Source: Octopus vulgaris
Taxonomy: Eukaryota
Assembly (NCBI GenBank): GCA_951406725.2
Contig: OX597817.1
Location: forward strand, 22,444,001-22,508,000
Reading direction: 5' to 3'
DNA: 64,000 bases
Shown: positions 63,540-64,000 of the stretch, in pieces
How the letters are laid out: every line of letters starts with the position of its first letter
How positions within the stretch are numbered: position 1 is the stretch's first letter
Translations under genes and position numbers: made by a program
The notes under the pieces: model-generated
What the model was told of the DNA's origin: nothing
Database searches by the model: none
The model's input: only the letters and a program-made list of their open reading frames with translations

Positions 63540-63745
63540 ACACACACACATATATATATATATGATTATATATATACACACACACGCACAAAGTTTTCTT
63601 TCAGTTTCAATCTACTAACATCACTCACAAGGTTTTGGTCAGCCAGTGAGAGCACTGGAAGACATTGTCCAAGGTGCCGTGCAGTGAGAGTGAATCTGAA
63701 ATCGCGTGGTAGGAAGCTAACTGCTTAGCACACTGCTACACCTGC
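63540..63745 (-). mobile_element. Diverged family B head
   Basis: TTTCAGTTTC..TCTAC...CACTCACAAGG...AAGACA.TGTCCAAGGTGCC. Confidence 0.65.
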
Positions 63746-64000
63746 TACTAATTGCTATGCCTGCACTTATGGTTAAGAAATAAAAAGGTAAGATACTTTC
63801 TTTAAAACTGCAAAGCTTCAGGTCAATGGATCTGTAAAAGGGATAAGTCTATCCGAGCATAGATGGAAAATAATTTGTGGTGGTACATTAGAAAATAATA
63901 CTGGTATTCCTTTTGCCATAAATTTTTTTCCCTTTAGTTATAAAAACTTTCTTAGCTCAATCCGATGAACAGTTCTCAGTCAATATTTACTATCCAAATT

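Overview
AT-rich, microsatellite-laden animal DNA, almost entirely transposon-derived. The SINE repertoire looks cephalopod (Octopus-like), which is an inference. No host protein-coding gene is supportable. The main feature is a ~9.8 kb element at 37300-47100. It has one intact 839-aa Penelope-like ORF (reverse transcriptase plus C-terminal GIY-YIG endonuclease, 40939-43458) that fills almost the whole loop between two ~3.5 kb inverted arms (37380-40883 and 43572-47100). Each arm ends in an outward-facing minimal hammerhead ribozyme, both ends sit in (TA)n, and only one end has an extra ~80 bp tail. A 140-bp miniature of the same element (32186-32327) and two hairpin-plus-tail insertions of a second family (36929-37198, 48271-48672) repeat this architecture. 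A further hammerhead-bearing insertion sits in (TA)n at 57437-57766. The rest comprises several tRNA-derived SINE families; decayed RTE, CR1, R4/Dong and L1/Tx1-like LINE fragments (the last stacked in (TATC)n); a non-autonomous Helitron; piggyBac- and hAT-type MITEs; a DD37D mariner relic; and simple repeats. Coordinates of decayed repeats are approximate and were read by eye. Family letters A-D are my own labels.
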